64,000 bases of DNA, from contig NC_092670.1 of the NCBI RefSeq assembly GCF_964355755.1, positions 27,080,795 through 27,144,794 of the forward strand, written 5' to 3'. A model generated the notes under the pieces. It searched no databases, was not told where the DNA came from, and was given only the letters and a program-made list of their open reading frames with translations. The stretch is from Antedon mediterranea. Lineage: Eukaryota > Animalia > Echinodermata. Positions 50,827-63,930 of this stretch are shown piece after piece (the stretch's first letter is position 1; every line of letters begins with the position of its first letter). The position numbers were made by a program, and so were the translations under genes.

Positions 50827-51074
50827 TTAAAAGAGCGCGCATCTCGATTCTACATTTCAGAATTTCTTCAATATTTTAATGTGTTGTTGCTAAAACAATT
50901 ATCTTCAGAAACTGTTATCTTCATGTTTCATATTGATGACGTCATCATGTTAAAAATTTAAATAAAATGTGGGTCCCGTAATTTCACCTATGCTACACTG
51001 TATGTAGTATGTATACAGTATTAAATACTGTGTATACTGTATATATTCTGGGCACAAAATTTAGCACTAACAAC

Positions 51075-51752
51075 CAGCCCTCGAAATTGGGACGAAATGA
51101 CCTCGGCAAAAAAATGCCGACATAAACGAAGCCCACCTCGGCAACACGTCGGCATTTTTTTTGTTCAGCCCCCAAAGCTATTTTTAGTAATAAGTATTCA
51201 ATCACACACACATTAACTGTACTGTACCTAAAAATAGCTGTGTTGATATTGTACAGCGCATTTGCGGCGCGGCTTGCTCTCTAAATAATATTAATAACCA
51301 CGCAAACAAACCACACGGTTTTCAATCCCCAATACAAGTTGGACTCTTCTCTCAGCCAAGTAACAATAAGTCATGTGATTTGTCATGCCTCACTAAACTC
51401 ACATCACACGACGATAGAGCTGAGCGTGGTTCGTTGTTGTTGTAAACGCCGGAGCGGTCGCTGGCCTCGCCTCTCTCTGTCCGGCCCTATCTTGTGTGTA
51501 GGTGTAGGTCTAATAATAACTCCAACGTACAAATATTTTAAGATATATTTAATTCACTTGTAACGAAGGTAAATTTGAAAAAAACTGTAATAGGCATAAA
51601 ATTAATTATTTGCTGTGTATGTGGTAGCCTTGATTTTAATCCAAGGCCTAAATCAATAAAAAGAGCCTCGGCAAATCAATGCCGTGGTAAGCTAGCAGGA
51701 CCTCGGCATTTACCTCGGCGTTGACGAATGCCGAGGTAAATTTCGCGGGCTG
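51075..51752. mobile_element. MITE with CAGCCC termini and 6-bp TSD
   Basis: TIR CAGCCC(T/G)CGAAATT. AACAAC on both sides. CCTCGGCA subterminal repeats. Confidence 0.8.
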
Positions 51753-52511
51753 AACAACATATTATTTTCTTCAGGTTATAATGGCATAATCTTTTTCTGT
51801 TTCGCATTTTCTAGCGTACGTTTGTCGTGCAGATAATAAACTCGTCAAAGTGACGGTACGCAATCAATATCTTCACAAGCATGTATCATAATTAAACCAA
51901 ATTTGGTACTCACAAATTTCAGGTCATATTTCATCATAATGGCAATACAATTACGTGCGTAGAGCATATTACATATGCGTCCGCTGGCTTAAAATTTTCA
52001 AAATTTATTTTCAATGAAATTAGAGTACGTTTCAGGTAATTTTAAGCGTTTAAGAAATTGCCATGAGTACACAGATTTTTGCACATGCACAACGTGTTAA
52101 ACGTTAATATGCACTCTTTTTGGCCGATTTCTGTTTTACAACCTTTCTTTAGCAATTTCATCATATTTTATTCACTTTCAATTCAACTCTAAATTGTGTT
52201 ATACGAGCACGTCAAAAGTGCAATTTGAAATTGAATTAAATGTAATAAAGGAAAGTGGGTGAAATCATTCTTATTTTTTGTGAAAAATTAGATTTTGGCC
52301 AAGTTGACGTGAGGCTGAGTTGACTTGGGGCCGAGACAGTTTAGGATCGAAATAAACCAATAAGAGACCAACAAAGCAATTTGACCTTCTGTCCCGATAG
52401 ATCACAAAATGAAACAGTATCAGTCCATGCTCTGCCCCATAGTCTAAATGGTGTGTAATTATTACTGTTGGATATATACTGTATTATATTTATAGTTAGT
52501 ATATTACATAC

Positions 52512-52557
52512 CTGTCTCATCTGAAACCACATTCATTCCCATATCAGGCACTGCCAT
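52512..52557 (-). CDS. PYM1: PYM1 first coding exon (exon extends to an acceptor at 52572)
   Basis: tttttttctag|GAATTTTAATCCAAA ATG GCA ... GAT GAG ACA G|gtatgt. Encodes MAVPDMGMNVVSDET-G. Phase 1 matches the next exon, and DETG-xYIA is the PYM N-terminal pattern. Confidence 0.88.
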
Positions 52558-52604
52558 TTTGGATTAAAATTCCTAGAAAAAAAAATGATACAAAACAAAT
52601 CATT

Positions 52605-52888
52605 TATTATTGTTATTATTTATTCTTTATACTGGGTAGCCTCTTCTCCCAGAGGGCCCAGTTATGAAGAGTGCTGCGTGTGTACTACTAGTACACCGGG
52701 GTAACCCCCTACTTGTCACGAAAGATGTAGTAGTAGGTTCTTTAAAGTGAACATAAGTTAATTGTGTACACAGGACCTACGGTTTATAGTCCTTATCCGA
52801 GAAGATTCGTTCTACTTTACCACCATAACCATGGGGCAGTGAGCTTTGAACCCTTGCCGGTGTTATGGCTAAACCACTCAGCCACTCA
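52605..52888 (-). mobile_element. tRNA-headed SINE with a Nin/Deu-like conserved core
   Basis: Minus strand: GTGGCTGAGTGGTTTAGC...GGGTTCAAAGC head, CGGATAAGGACTATAAACCGTAGGTCC...TTTAAAGAACC...AGTAGGGGG core, (AAT)n-like tail. Confidence 0.7.
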
Positions 52889-52937
52889 CTTGCTACTATC
52901 CACTACTACTTAGCACTGTTACTGACTTTTTTGTTTA

Positions 52938-54790
52938 TAGTCCGGTGGCAGGAGGGGGACAAATTGCCATCCAACTTTTCTAGACCAGAATTTTCCATAG
53001 ATTACGAATATGGAAGGTAATCGATCAGGTAGGAAGCATTTTCGATTTATATATGGAGTCAAAGTTCAAAATTGACCAATTACAACAATGTATGTATTAT
53101 AACAAATTTATTGAAGCACAATTTGGTCTTTTATTACATTTTTATGATTATAGGCGTCTATTCAATCACCTTATGAAAACAAATCCTTTGTGATTAAGGG
53201 TCAAATGTCAATATTGTCCAATCATACAGTAGAATTAACCGACCTATAAATTCTCATCCTAAGCATACAATGTAAAAGAGTGAATACATCATTTCATCGG
53301 TTGACATAAGGTAAATTTCATCAGTTAACATAAGGTCAAAGGTCAACATTTTAATGCGTATTAGTTAGTTACCAAATAAATGCAAAGTTGTCAAAACTAT
53401 GATATCGATGATTTTACAAGTAATCAAATTATTTGATCAGTAAAGTTATGTTATCTCATATAATTATAATACTGTATTAACTATTAATCAAATCAGAATT
53501 CGATCCTTTGCCTGTTGTGTTTATATACAGGTATATATATATATGTATTATAACGGGTGTCTAGAAAACTCAGATCTCAGATATATCTAAGTTTTCTAGA
53601 TCTAGAAAACTCAGATCTGACTTTTCTAGATCTTGAAAAACTCGGATATCTATATCTGAGTTTTCTAGTTCAGGAATGGAACTAGAAAACTCAGATCATC
53701 AAGTGATTGGTTGGTAGGTCATTTGGATTAAGTATTATAAAAACTGATTACTGTGTACGTTTTCTTACTAATGTAAGTCAAAAATTTAATTATGACAATG
53801 TAGACTTAAAAATTAGGTATGTACGAGTTGGTACGAGTTTGTACGATTTATTTTGGCGATACATCAGGATAGCGCCCACACGTTGAGCCTTGAATTGAGT
53901 TTGCTTAGCTAGGCCTAAATGATAAGCCTACATTTTAAAAGGTGTATACTGTATTTCTTTATGATTTAATTTGTAGGCCGCTACTACAAGATACAATAAT
54001 TATTATTATTAGTAAGAAAATGTATAATACTGTAGTATTTCAAACAAGCTACAGTACCCTCTGATTAATAATGGAACGATCCATTTGATATCTTAGTTTT
54101 CTAGTTCCATTCTGGAACTAGAAGGGTAGATCTTGATATGGTTTTCTAGATCTAGAAAAGTCAGTCTAGATCTAGAAAACTCAGATATATCTGAGATCTG
54201 AGTTTTCTAGGATCTGAGTTTTCTAGACACCCATATTATAACCAATTTATTGAAGTTCAATTTAGTCTTTTAATACATTTGTACGGTTATAGGTATCCAT
54301 TCAGTCACCTTATAATACAAATACTTTGAAATTAAAGGTCAAATGTCCATATTGACCAATCACAAAATTTGCCTATAAAAACTAACATTTTAGACAAAAT
54401 GTTATGTTTTATAAATTATACACAATCAAAAGAGCACATTCATCATTACACCAGTTGACATAGGTCAAAGGTCAACATTTTTACAAGTTTACTAAATAAT
54501 GCAAAGATATTCAAACTATGAGATCGATGTCATGTAATCACGTTGTTTGAAGTTATGGTATTTGGATATTTTTTCTAGTGCGCATTATTTTAAATGTATT
54601 ATAATACTGTAAATTAAATAATAACATTAATATTATGACTGTTAAAATGTTATGATGTTAAAATGTTACGCTGACCTTCAATGATTTGCCACTACACAGT
54701 TGCATTTATTAGGGCTACAATATTCATAAACTACTATTCATCAGAATCAATTCAACCACAGGATAGGGAATAGGCAGATCCATGTGGCCC
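52938..54790 (+). mobile_element. second, one-ended copy of the Academ-like element
   Basis: Starts TAGTCCGGTGGCAGGAGGGGGA. Collinear with 12710-13820 plus 16343-16560. Confidence 0.85.
53554..54233. mobile_element. MITE with 8-bp TSD nested in the Academ-like copy
   Basis: TIR GGGTGTCTAGAAAACTCAGATC with TSD TATTATAA. The empty site is visible at ~13405. Confidence 0.85.
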
Positions 54791-55453
54791 AGCCCACCCC
54801 CATCCTCTCACCTTTAATTTCAATTCACAATTTCTAGGACTCTTTCTTGACTGATCCTCATCTTTTTCTATTTAATGATTTTGTATTCGTCACAAATTTT
54901 CATTGTCAAGTTATGCAAATACTGTATGTTTCAAATATTTCAATGATTACCTTTCATAAGAGACCATCAGGATTTCTTTCCCTTTTGAAAATATTAAGAG
55001 AATATTGCCTGTTTCCATAGTTGACGACACATTTACTCAGATCTATAATCTTGGTCAATAATGCTTTAGATTTTAGCATAACTTTCTGTTAGCCCAAGAT
55101 TTAAATTACACTTTTGCTAAGTTTCAATTTAAATTGTTATATTGTTTTCGATCTATGTTAAATACGCAAAATTCATAAAATCGCGAATAAGTCATGTTGC
55201 ACAACTCTGACGTCATTCAAAAATAGGAGGTGCACATACTTCACGTAAATGCCCATATGTTGACAAAGTTATAAAATGTTATGTTTACACGTTTTAGAAA
55301 TACAAGACACAAAATTGACAGAAAGAATAATACAGAACTAGATTTGAACTCGTTATCAAGAAAAAGATTATACCATTATGAACTGAACTGAAGAATATGA
55401 TATGTTGTTAGTGCTGAATTCTGTCTATTTTGTGTCATATACTATATACACAG

Positions 55454-56314
55454 GGTTTCGATCCAAGTCGGCCCTAAACCGTCTCGGCCAAAGTCAAGTC
55501 GGCCTCAAGTCAACTCGGCCTCAAGTCAACTCGGCCTCAAGTCAACTCGGCCTCAAGTCAACTCGGCCTCACGTCAACTCGGCTAAAAAATAATCGGTAA
55601 ACTCGGCCCCGTTAAAGTATGGAACGCAAAAAGTGCAAATGAAGGGGATTGATAAAATAATATTTCATCACAATTTTTTAACTATAAATAATTCTGACTT
55701 TTAATGAATATTAATATTTAGACAATAATATATTTAGCAAAAAAATAGGAATGATTTCACCAACTTTCCTTTATTAATACGTTTAATAAAATTTCAAATT
55801 GCACAATTGAAAACAATTCGTAGCTGCGCCTCCCTGCGCCTTTGGCAGCTTTTTCGATATCTACAACTGCTACGTGTTTTCACTGACCGGGGTATTCCCC
55901 TTTTTTTTAAACGCAAATCATGGACAAAAACGATGTACAATCATTTTTTCTATGGCCAAATGGTGGAACGTAGGCCTCCGTCTTCGATTTACTAAAATGC
56001 GGTACCTGCACGTGGGTACTTATATTCATATTGGCAATGAGTTCATTTTTTTATATGATATTATTTAATTATATTTTTTTTTTTATTCATTTTTTTTAAA
56101 GCGTGGATAGTAAGAATCATAATAATATTAAGCACTTTTTGCATTCCATACTTTATTGTGGCCAAGTTGACCGATTAGTTTTTGGCCGAGTTGACGTGAG
56201 GCCGAGTTGACTTGAGGCCGAGTTGACTTGGGGCCGAGTTGACTTGGGGCCGACTTGACGTGGGGCCGACTTGACTTTGGCCGAGACGGTTTAGGGCCGA
56301 CTTGACCTGCTCCC
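55454..56314. mobile_element. MULE-like MITE with 15-bp subterminal tandem repeats
   Basis: (AAGTCAACTCGGCCTC)n is inverted at the two ends. TSD TATACACAG. A partial copy lies at ~52218-52351. Confidence 0.8.
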
Positions 56315-58019
56315 TATACACAGTATAATCTGTAGACATATTACATACAGTGTAGAATAGGTGAAATTACGGGACCTGCCATTTATTCCTAATTTTAACA
56401 TGGCGACGGTATCAAAATGAAACACGAAGATATCTCAGCAACAACATACTAACGTGTAGAAGAAATTTGAATACGTAAAATATAGATGCACGCTTTTTTA
56501 AATGTGATGGACTATGACGCAAAATATGAAAATACTGATCTTTTGCCATCTGATTGGCAAAATGTTCACATGAATTCGCTAAATTCCAATAGCTTCCATA
56601 AAACGTTTTAATCATGATTATCACTTTTTATTCTGACGAGCTATAACAGATTGAAATTTACTGTAAAGATGAAAATAAGTGACCCACGTTATTAAATTTT
56701 TAGACATTATGACGAAAAATAGCTGATTGACCTAGACAACATTAAAATCTCGGGGGAAATGGAATAAGGATAAGCAAGATGCGCTCTATTGAATGTGATG
56801 AGCAATAACGAAAGAGACAAAAATCCTATATTTTACATTCGTGTGGCCATACAATGATGTCACAACCTCCGAGAGGTAAAGATTCTGAATGAATTCATAT
56901 CTACAACATACTGTATCTGCTTACATATTAAGTTAAAAAAAATTGGGGGTCACCGTTGAGCTATAATATAATAGATTCAAAAGAGGCATAATTTTGACGA
57001 TATTTTGTAACTTTCGCAACCAAAACATATGCAAGTGGTTTAAATCAACGTGTTCGTATGACATCATTTTAATTTGAAATGATGTCAATCTTGTTAAAAA
57101 TGACTAGGAAAGGCTGGAAAATAACAATTCATGAAAAAAAACATGATTGTCATGCTCCGTGCGCACCGTACGCGTAAAATTGTTTTCGCGCGCGGGAATT
57201 TTTGACATGTGCAAAATGTCATGAATCGCGTAGATTAGAAATTAATTTTGCGCATTTATAAATTTTAAATGTGGATGCGCGCGTAACTTCTTGTAAAACT
57301 TCTTTTAATCCACTGAAAGTTTGCCCTTGATATAAATTTCAATAATGTTGACAAAGTTATGAAATGTTATGTTAACACGAGATAGGGGAGCCAAAAAAAA
57401 GTGAAAGAAAGAAGTAAGAAAAAGATAGAACTATATTTGAACTCGTTACTTTGACGAGTTCGGGTTATCCGCGGAAATGCAACATGCACATACGTTAAAA
57501 TGAACATCAACAATTATTATGCCATCCTATGACATGAATTAAATATGTTTACAGTGCTGAATTGTACCTATTTTGTGTCATAAAGCATAACAGTATTTAC
57601 GGCATATACTGTATATTATTATATACAGTGTAGCATAGAAGAAATAACGAGACCCATCTTTTATTCCAATTTTTAACATGATGACATCATCAAAATTAAA
57701 CAAAATGGGGGTCACCAGCCATCCTGAGGAGCTCTATACTAATAACTAAAAATAGGTATATTTTTGCACAAATTTGCATGAAATTACCCATTTTTTAGCA
57801 CACGATTATTAAAGTTCAATGTGCACGTGCGTCGTTATTTTGCAATAAAAGTTAATCAAAATGAATGAAATCTACTACAGAAAATATGAAAAACAAAAAA
57901 AAATTGCAAAAACCATTTTTTTACCCTTTGTACGAGCTGTGCGCACAAGCGTGTGCGCAAAACGCAAAAAATTCAGAACATTTTGAAATGCTCAAAATGG
58001 CCTGAAATGTACACGAATT

Positions 58020-60010
58020 TGCAAAAAAGCCATATACGATCCGTATACGCTGAAAACGTATACGGATCGTATACGATTTCACTGTTTACATTATTTCCAC
58101 TCTGTTGCTCCACAAAGAGTTGGCGTCGTATACGTTTAGCATACGTAACGTATACGTTGTTTATTCATGATAAGAATATCGTATACTGGACGTATACGAA
58201 TCATATACGAACAAACTAGATTATAAATTATAATAGTAGTATTAATGAGTAGTATTAATGAGTAGAATAGAGCTAAATAAAACATTTAATTTGTCATTAC
58301 AACAAACACGTACGTAGGCTGGCTCTCTGGCCTAGCTAGCACCAGCCACTCTAGTCTGTACTATTATTAGTATAGTAGTAGTAGGAGCTAGGACATAAGA
58401 CCATATTTATTTCTATTTATTAGATCGCCTAGACTGCCGATAAAATTCAAACAACGTTTTTTGCAAGTCAATAAAATATGCTAAACAGGTATACTACTAG
58501 GTAGGCCTAGAAAGGACAAGACAAGGGGCCATTTTCACGATGTTGTTTCCAGTTTTCCTTTATAAAATATGACAGAGGTCAGTAAGTTCAGCGTCGCTCG
58601 GTTGCCTACAGTTGCAACTCGTGGTCGACTCGGCTCTCTGGTGGCCAATCATGCATATCATCGGGTACGTCGTTCGATCTTCTCAATTCGTCACACCACG
58701 TGCGAGCTTTGGGTGGTCAAATTACATCGTTTATGTTAAGCGATATTATTCCGCGACATGTGTTGTAGTAGGTAATCTCTTCTTCCTCATTTGCCTCATT
58801 TTAATATAATGTCACGCTAGGCTGAACAACACTCTCATGAATAATAAACAGTTGAATACGTCATACTATACAACTGGGATTTAAAATGCAGTTTTAAAAC
58901 GCAGCCTGTGTTAAAAATTTGGGATTTTTCAGATTCCATTTTGGCCCCCATTGGTTCAAAGAAGGCGAATAATTTTTCAATTCCCACTTCTAGTGAAAAT
59001 TTTAGTATGGTTTTGTCTATGTGTATGTATGTGTGAAACAATTATCTTAAAAGATACTGTACAGATTTGTATTGTATTAGTTTGACCGGTGAACTGTAGG
59101 AACATTGTAGTATATAGTCTGTTTATGATCAGATCATACATAAGAAAGTAGGTATTGTATAAAGTTGTGATAAAAAGTATCCATGTCTATGTTAAAGAAA
59201 CTTAATAATAATATAAATGATTAGGAATGTGACTCAAGTTTCTGTCATCTACAACAATTTTAAAGGGGCCATGATGTCATTTAAATTCCATAAACTAACT
59301 CATCCCAAATGTATGTGATGAGGTCATAATTAAGGCACCTTAAGGGTACCATTTCTCTTTATTTAGTTATAGTTATAGCCTACCTATAAAACATGACATG
59401 TGTTTGATTTCAGTAATTGTTTATTTTTTTTAAAATGTGTTTTTTATCTGACACATCTTTTAGACTTGTAATAAAATTGTATTGAAGAAATACACAAGAA
59501 ATACAGGTGTATTAGGTATAGGCCTAATCTGACTGAAAGTTCAATTTGATTTAGTGAATAAATATCTCACACTCATACCCTATTTAATAATAGTGCTACC
59601 GTTGTCAGCAGTCCAAAATCAAATTGATGAATATGTGTTCATGTCACTTAATTTGGTAATTGTTCTCAAGAAAGCACTTAAATTGAAAAATGAAAAATCC
59701 AGTTTATTCATAATAATCATTACATAATGTTTGATACAATAAATAATATCTTGTTTTATCTTTTCCATCCAAGTCAAACAATTATGGCCCAATACTGTAG
59801 TGCAAGTGAAACTTATGAATATTCAAGAGGTAAAATCCCCGTATAGTATGACGTAATCAACTGTTTATTATTCATGAGAGTGTTGTTCAGCCTAGCGTGA
59901 CATTATATTAAAATGAGGCAAATGTGACCGAGGAAGAAGAGATTACCGTTGTAGTATAGCATGGAGATGGAGTAACAATAATTTGGCAAATAATGCCGAA
60001 GAGGAAAACT
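58020..60010 (+). mobile_element. second copy of the TGCAAAAAAGCC/CGTATACG element, interrupted by a MULE
   Basis: Matches 34739-35557 in reverse. Confidence 0.75.
58771..59947. mobile_element. Mutator-like (MULE) non-autonomous element
   Basis: ~90-100-bp TIRs starting GGTAATCTCTTCTTCCTC with 9-bp TSD GTTGTAGTA. It is absent from the sister copy at ~34785. Confidence 0.92.
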
Positions 60011-60064
60011 AATGATCCAAAACAGAAGTGAGATGTGTTGATATGTACATTAACATTATAATAA

Positions 60065-61389
60065 TCTATATATAAATTATGGTTAATTCTGACATAGGCG
60101 AGCACAATGCAAAAACTTCGGTACAAATCTCCGCCTTGGATACCTACCTTATCTATCCGAGATGTACCGCGAAACGTAGATTTGATAACATTAGTGTGCA
60201 CGCCGACGCTATTGTTCCATATTTATATCTTAGGAAGATATTATAAAGAGTTTTTTAACAACATTTATGATTTCAACATTGGATTTTCCTCTCAATTTCA
60301 ATTCTTCCCGGTCAAAGTAATTTCCGGGTTTAAGATAAGTTCACCTTGGTTTCAAATATTTTCTCTCTTTTATACACAAGGGAGCAGTTAAAATAATAGA
60401 TTTGACCCTAAAGGTGACTGGAAACAGGCACTTTCCATCAATCAATACAGTGTCCCTTTGGAAGACGAAAAAAAAATTGGCCATTAATCATAGCCATTTC
60501 AGTTTTTTGTTTATTTTAAAACATACCACACGTGTGTGAAGGTACAGTAGTTAAATAATAGGAATTATACTGCAAATTAATAAAGATCAAATTAAATATA
60601 CGCCATAAAGAATCAGAATATATTGTGGGGAATAGTATTATAAAATTACATAGGGAGATTTGATAAGACATTTTTCGAGTGAAATCCCGATAGCTGAGTT
60701 TTATTGAGTAAGCTTGCAGGAATAACTGTAGGCTATCTTCCTGTGTCCCGTTAGGACCGAGATGTCTGCCCATGTTGCAAGCCGTAATGTCTTCTTTCTT
60801 GGGCCCACTCTGTCACGGCAGTTAGTTTCAAAAGATGATTGAATTAAATAATGTATTAATAATTATTAGGATGGTATTCATTTGAATAAACGCCTCTCCA
60901 ATAAAACATCACTTTGAATAATAAACCCCCCCCCCCCCCCACAACCCAACTATCTAATAAACGTCCATCCACATATTTATAATAACACAATTATACTATT
61001 TGTAGTAGAATTCACCGCACTGTTATCTGCAATTTACCAAGCATTTGTTATTCTTTTTTACCACTTTTCATATCTATGAGAGGATTTCATTTGATTATAA
61101 ATGTTACTATATTATTAGAACTAAAAAATGTAACATATATCCCTCGAATAAGCACCTCCCTCAAATGACCTCCGCCTCCCCAAAGGGCCCTACCAAACAA
61201 TAAAAACTATACTTTAAAATGTTATTAATCATCTAAAACACTGTGAAACAAAGTAGTTCAGTTTTACGAATGTCAAGCATTTTCAATAATGGTAACCGAC
61301 AGAAAATGTATAAGGAGAACATTATCATTCCGAGAACCATCGTCTACACTTCCTAGAGGGGGAGCGAGCGAAGCGAGCTCACCCTCTAG
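60065..61389 (+). mobile_element. non-autonomous Helitron
   Basis: A|TCTATATATAAATT start and hairpin CTAGAGGGGGAGCGAGCGAAGCGAGCTCACCCTCTAG|T end. Confidence 0.85.
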
Positions 61390-63430
61390 TAATAATAATT
61401 ATTTAACGATGAATACAATCGGATTTTGAATATGAAGTTGATCACTTCCGTAGAAAAAAATTAAAAAACAAAATTAGTGGTTATAGTAATACAATTATAT
61501 CGAATTTCAATTTTTTCCCGGTTAAGCGAACAGATTGAATTGCTTTCATTTATCTCAGCGGTATTTCTGCTTGGTGATTAAGAAAATAAATCATAAAACA
61601 CGTCTTTCTTTATTTTCATGGTATTCCAATATGTTTAAAAAATAACCACCCTCAACTGTAAATAACAAATTAAATAAGTCTACTAAACATTGTTGATTTC
61701 CCATGGACCCAACAATACCCCAACTATTTCATTCATAATTGTTTATTTGTAACAGTTTATTTGAAATCCTTGTCCTTTGTTAATTCAATTGTGTGACAAT
61801 TAAATTAGATTGTACATGCTGATGCTGTATATTATGTAAAAAGATGAGTCATGTTAATCAGATTCTTGAAAAAGATCAAAACTTTGAATTCTCAAAATGT
61901 GTTCTATATCTTTATTTGGAGTTAGACTCGTACTACATTCATTAAAATGATAAACAAATATCCAGCAGCCGTTGTGTACCCCGGCATAAAAAACTATTAG
62001 CTACTAATATTGTACACAATTGATTACATCCTTTTTTAAGTAACACATATTCAATATTATAGTAAAACGTCTATACGTCAATACGTAGTTACGAGGCGGT
62101 ATCCTCGCAACTAGGCTCATAGTTGTTTACCACTCCAACACATATGATATGAATAAAGCCTATCTTATTAAATAGTATCTCGCGCCCGCGCATATACAAC
62201 AAAAAGTTACAAAGGTTCACATTTATATTAACGATTTTAAATTTTTTAAATTTACGAATTAAATAAATAAAAAATATAATTAAATACCGCTTGGCCCGTC
62301 AATGATGGAGGGATAAAAATGGGGGCATGTTAAAACATTTACCTGGTTTTACTACTACGTTCGCGTACAATTTATCATTTGGATTTTTTAAGTTACATGT
62401 AGGTTATGTTAAATTGTATTCATCAGTGACAACTCTAGGAAATTTACAGCAATTAGTTCTGATGCCTAAAATAGTAAAATGCTTTAAAACGTCGGAGCTT
62501 ATTTTTTTGTATTTTTGGCTGTTGATTGTTTTGTTGGCACCCCCTAACTCTGCAACGATGATATCCATAATGCATCGTATTTCCATTTCACTGTTGTTGA
62601 TTTACTACTAGCTAGAGTAGGTTATTAAAATAATACAATATAACCAAACCTAATATATGGGGGAAAGCTAGCTAGCTTATTTTCACAATGAGTGTACCAC
62701 AGACTCTTTTCCTTGGCATATTTTTTCCAGGCCTAGTTAGTTTACTAGAGCTGCTGCAGTAGCTAGTTACTGCATGTTCGAACTATACAATTACAATATG
62801 CCTATAGCCTAGCTAGCTAGAAGTCATCGAATTTACTACCTACTTTGGCCTACTGTAACTAGGCCTACATCCCATTTTTTATTTTTTTATGGCGAGTTAA
62901 AACCCGTAGCAAAAAAAATCCTGTTGGACAACAACAATGATGATTGAAAATGAATTAAATCTGATCCATCCATGTGATGCATGCACGCAGCACACACAAC
63001 ACAGGCACGTTTTGGGCGAATTTATTTGGATCATTCCATATATATGAATAGGGAGCCACATCTATTCTACATTTTTATTACATCGTAATTTATGGATTTT
63101 ACTTACTCGTTTTAAATTTAATATACTGCGGGCCCAATTTAATATTTATTTATTTATTTCCAAGTACATTAATATTAGTTAAAGCACTTTCAAATTAATA
63201 GCACATTTTGTATGATTCACTTATTAATGGAACGTACCCAAGGTAAAGAAATAGCAGAGGGGATAAACAAGGCGGAACACAGCCTGGGTGGGTTTTTATG
63301 CTTGATAATAGAAAAATAACGTCTCGTAAAATACAGCACCAATTTTTTTCATTAGCGAAAACTTAATTTGGTTATCAATCGTAGTTGTCCAAAGCTGTAG
63401 TGGTCCTATGGGCCAATTGTAATTTTCTTT

Positions 63431-63640
63431 AGGTAGTTGTCCTAGAGGGTAGTTGTCCTAGGGGGTAGTTGTCCTAGGGGGTAGTTGTCCTAGGGGGTAG
63501 TTGTCCTAGGGGGTAGTTGTCCTAGGGGGTAGTTGTCCTAAGAGGGTAGTTGTCCTAAGAGGGTAGTTGTCCTAAAAGGGTAGTTGTCCTAGGAGGGTGA
63601 TTGTCCGGGTGGTAGTTGTCCAGGGGGTAGTTGTCCTAGA
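63431..63640. repeat. ~16-bp tandem repeat (GGGGTAGTTGTCCTAG)n, likely subterminal array of a DNA element
   Basis: About 13 units directly visible. Confidence 0.9.
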
Positions 63641-63647
63641 CCCGTCA

Positions 63648-63930
63648 ACAATCACAAGGGTTATCCTACAACTTTGTTGGGGATAACCAAAAAGAAAAGA
63701 AAAAGAGATCTTGTACAATCACAAGGGTTATCTGGCAACTTTATTGCAGATAACCAAAAAGATGATGATCTTTGACAATCACAAGGGTTATCCTGCAACT
63801 TCGTTGCGGATAACCAAAAAAAGGAAAAAAAAAAAGATTGTGACAATAACAAGGAGGGGTTATCCGCAAAGTGTGGATAACCAAAAAGATTGTGACAATA
63901 ACAAGGGGTTATCCGCCAAGTGCAGATACC
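63648..63930 (+). repeat. five tandem hairpin modules ACAATCACAAGGGTTATCC...GGATAACCAAAAA
   Basis: Units of 52-68 bp, each folding via GGTTATC/GATAACC. Confidence 0.8.

Larger units (their letters stand above)
44270..58019. repeat. fragments of one abundant dispersed repeat family (probably Helentron-like), in both orientations
   Basis: Shared motifs AACTCGTCAAAGTGACG/GTTCAAATCTAGTT, GTAATTTCACCTATGCTACACTG and AGAGTTGCACAA at ~44270-44720, 48070-50080, 50830-52200, 55150-55450 and 56320-58019, also 26900-27250. Boundaries are not resolved. Confidence 0.6.

Noticed and set aside
62340-63110. PYM1 5' UTR exon or promoter
   Set aside because: Minus-strand donor-like sites exist (~62343, ~63106) but nothing distinguishes them from background.
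63648-63930. CRISPR-like array
   Set aside because: The units are diverged hairpins with A-rich linkers rather than unique spacers. There are no cas genes and the context is eukaryotic.
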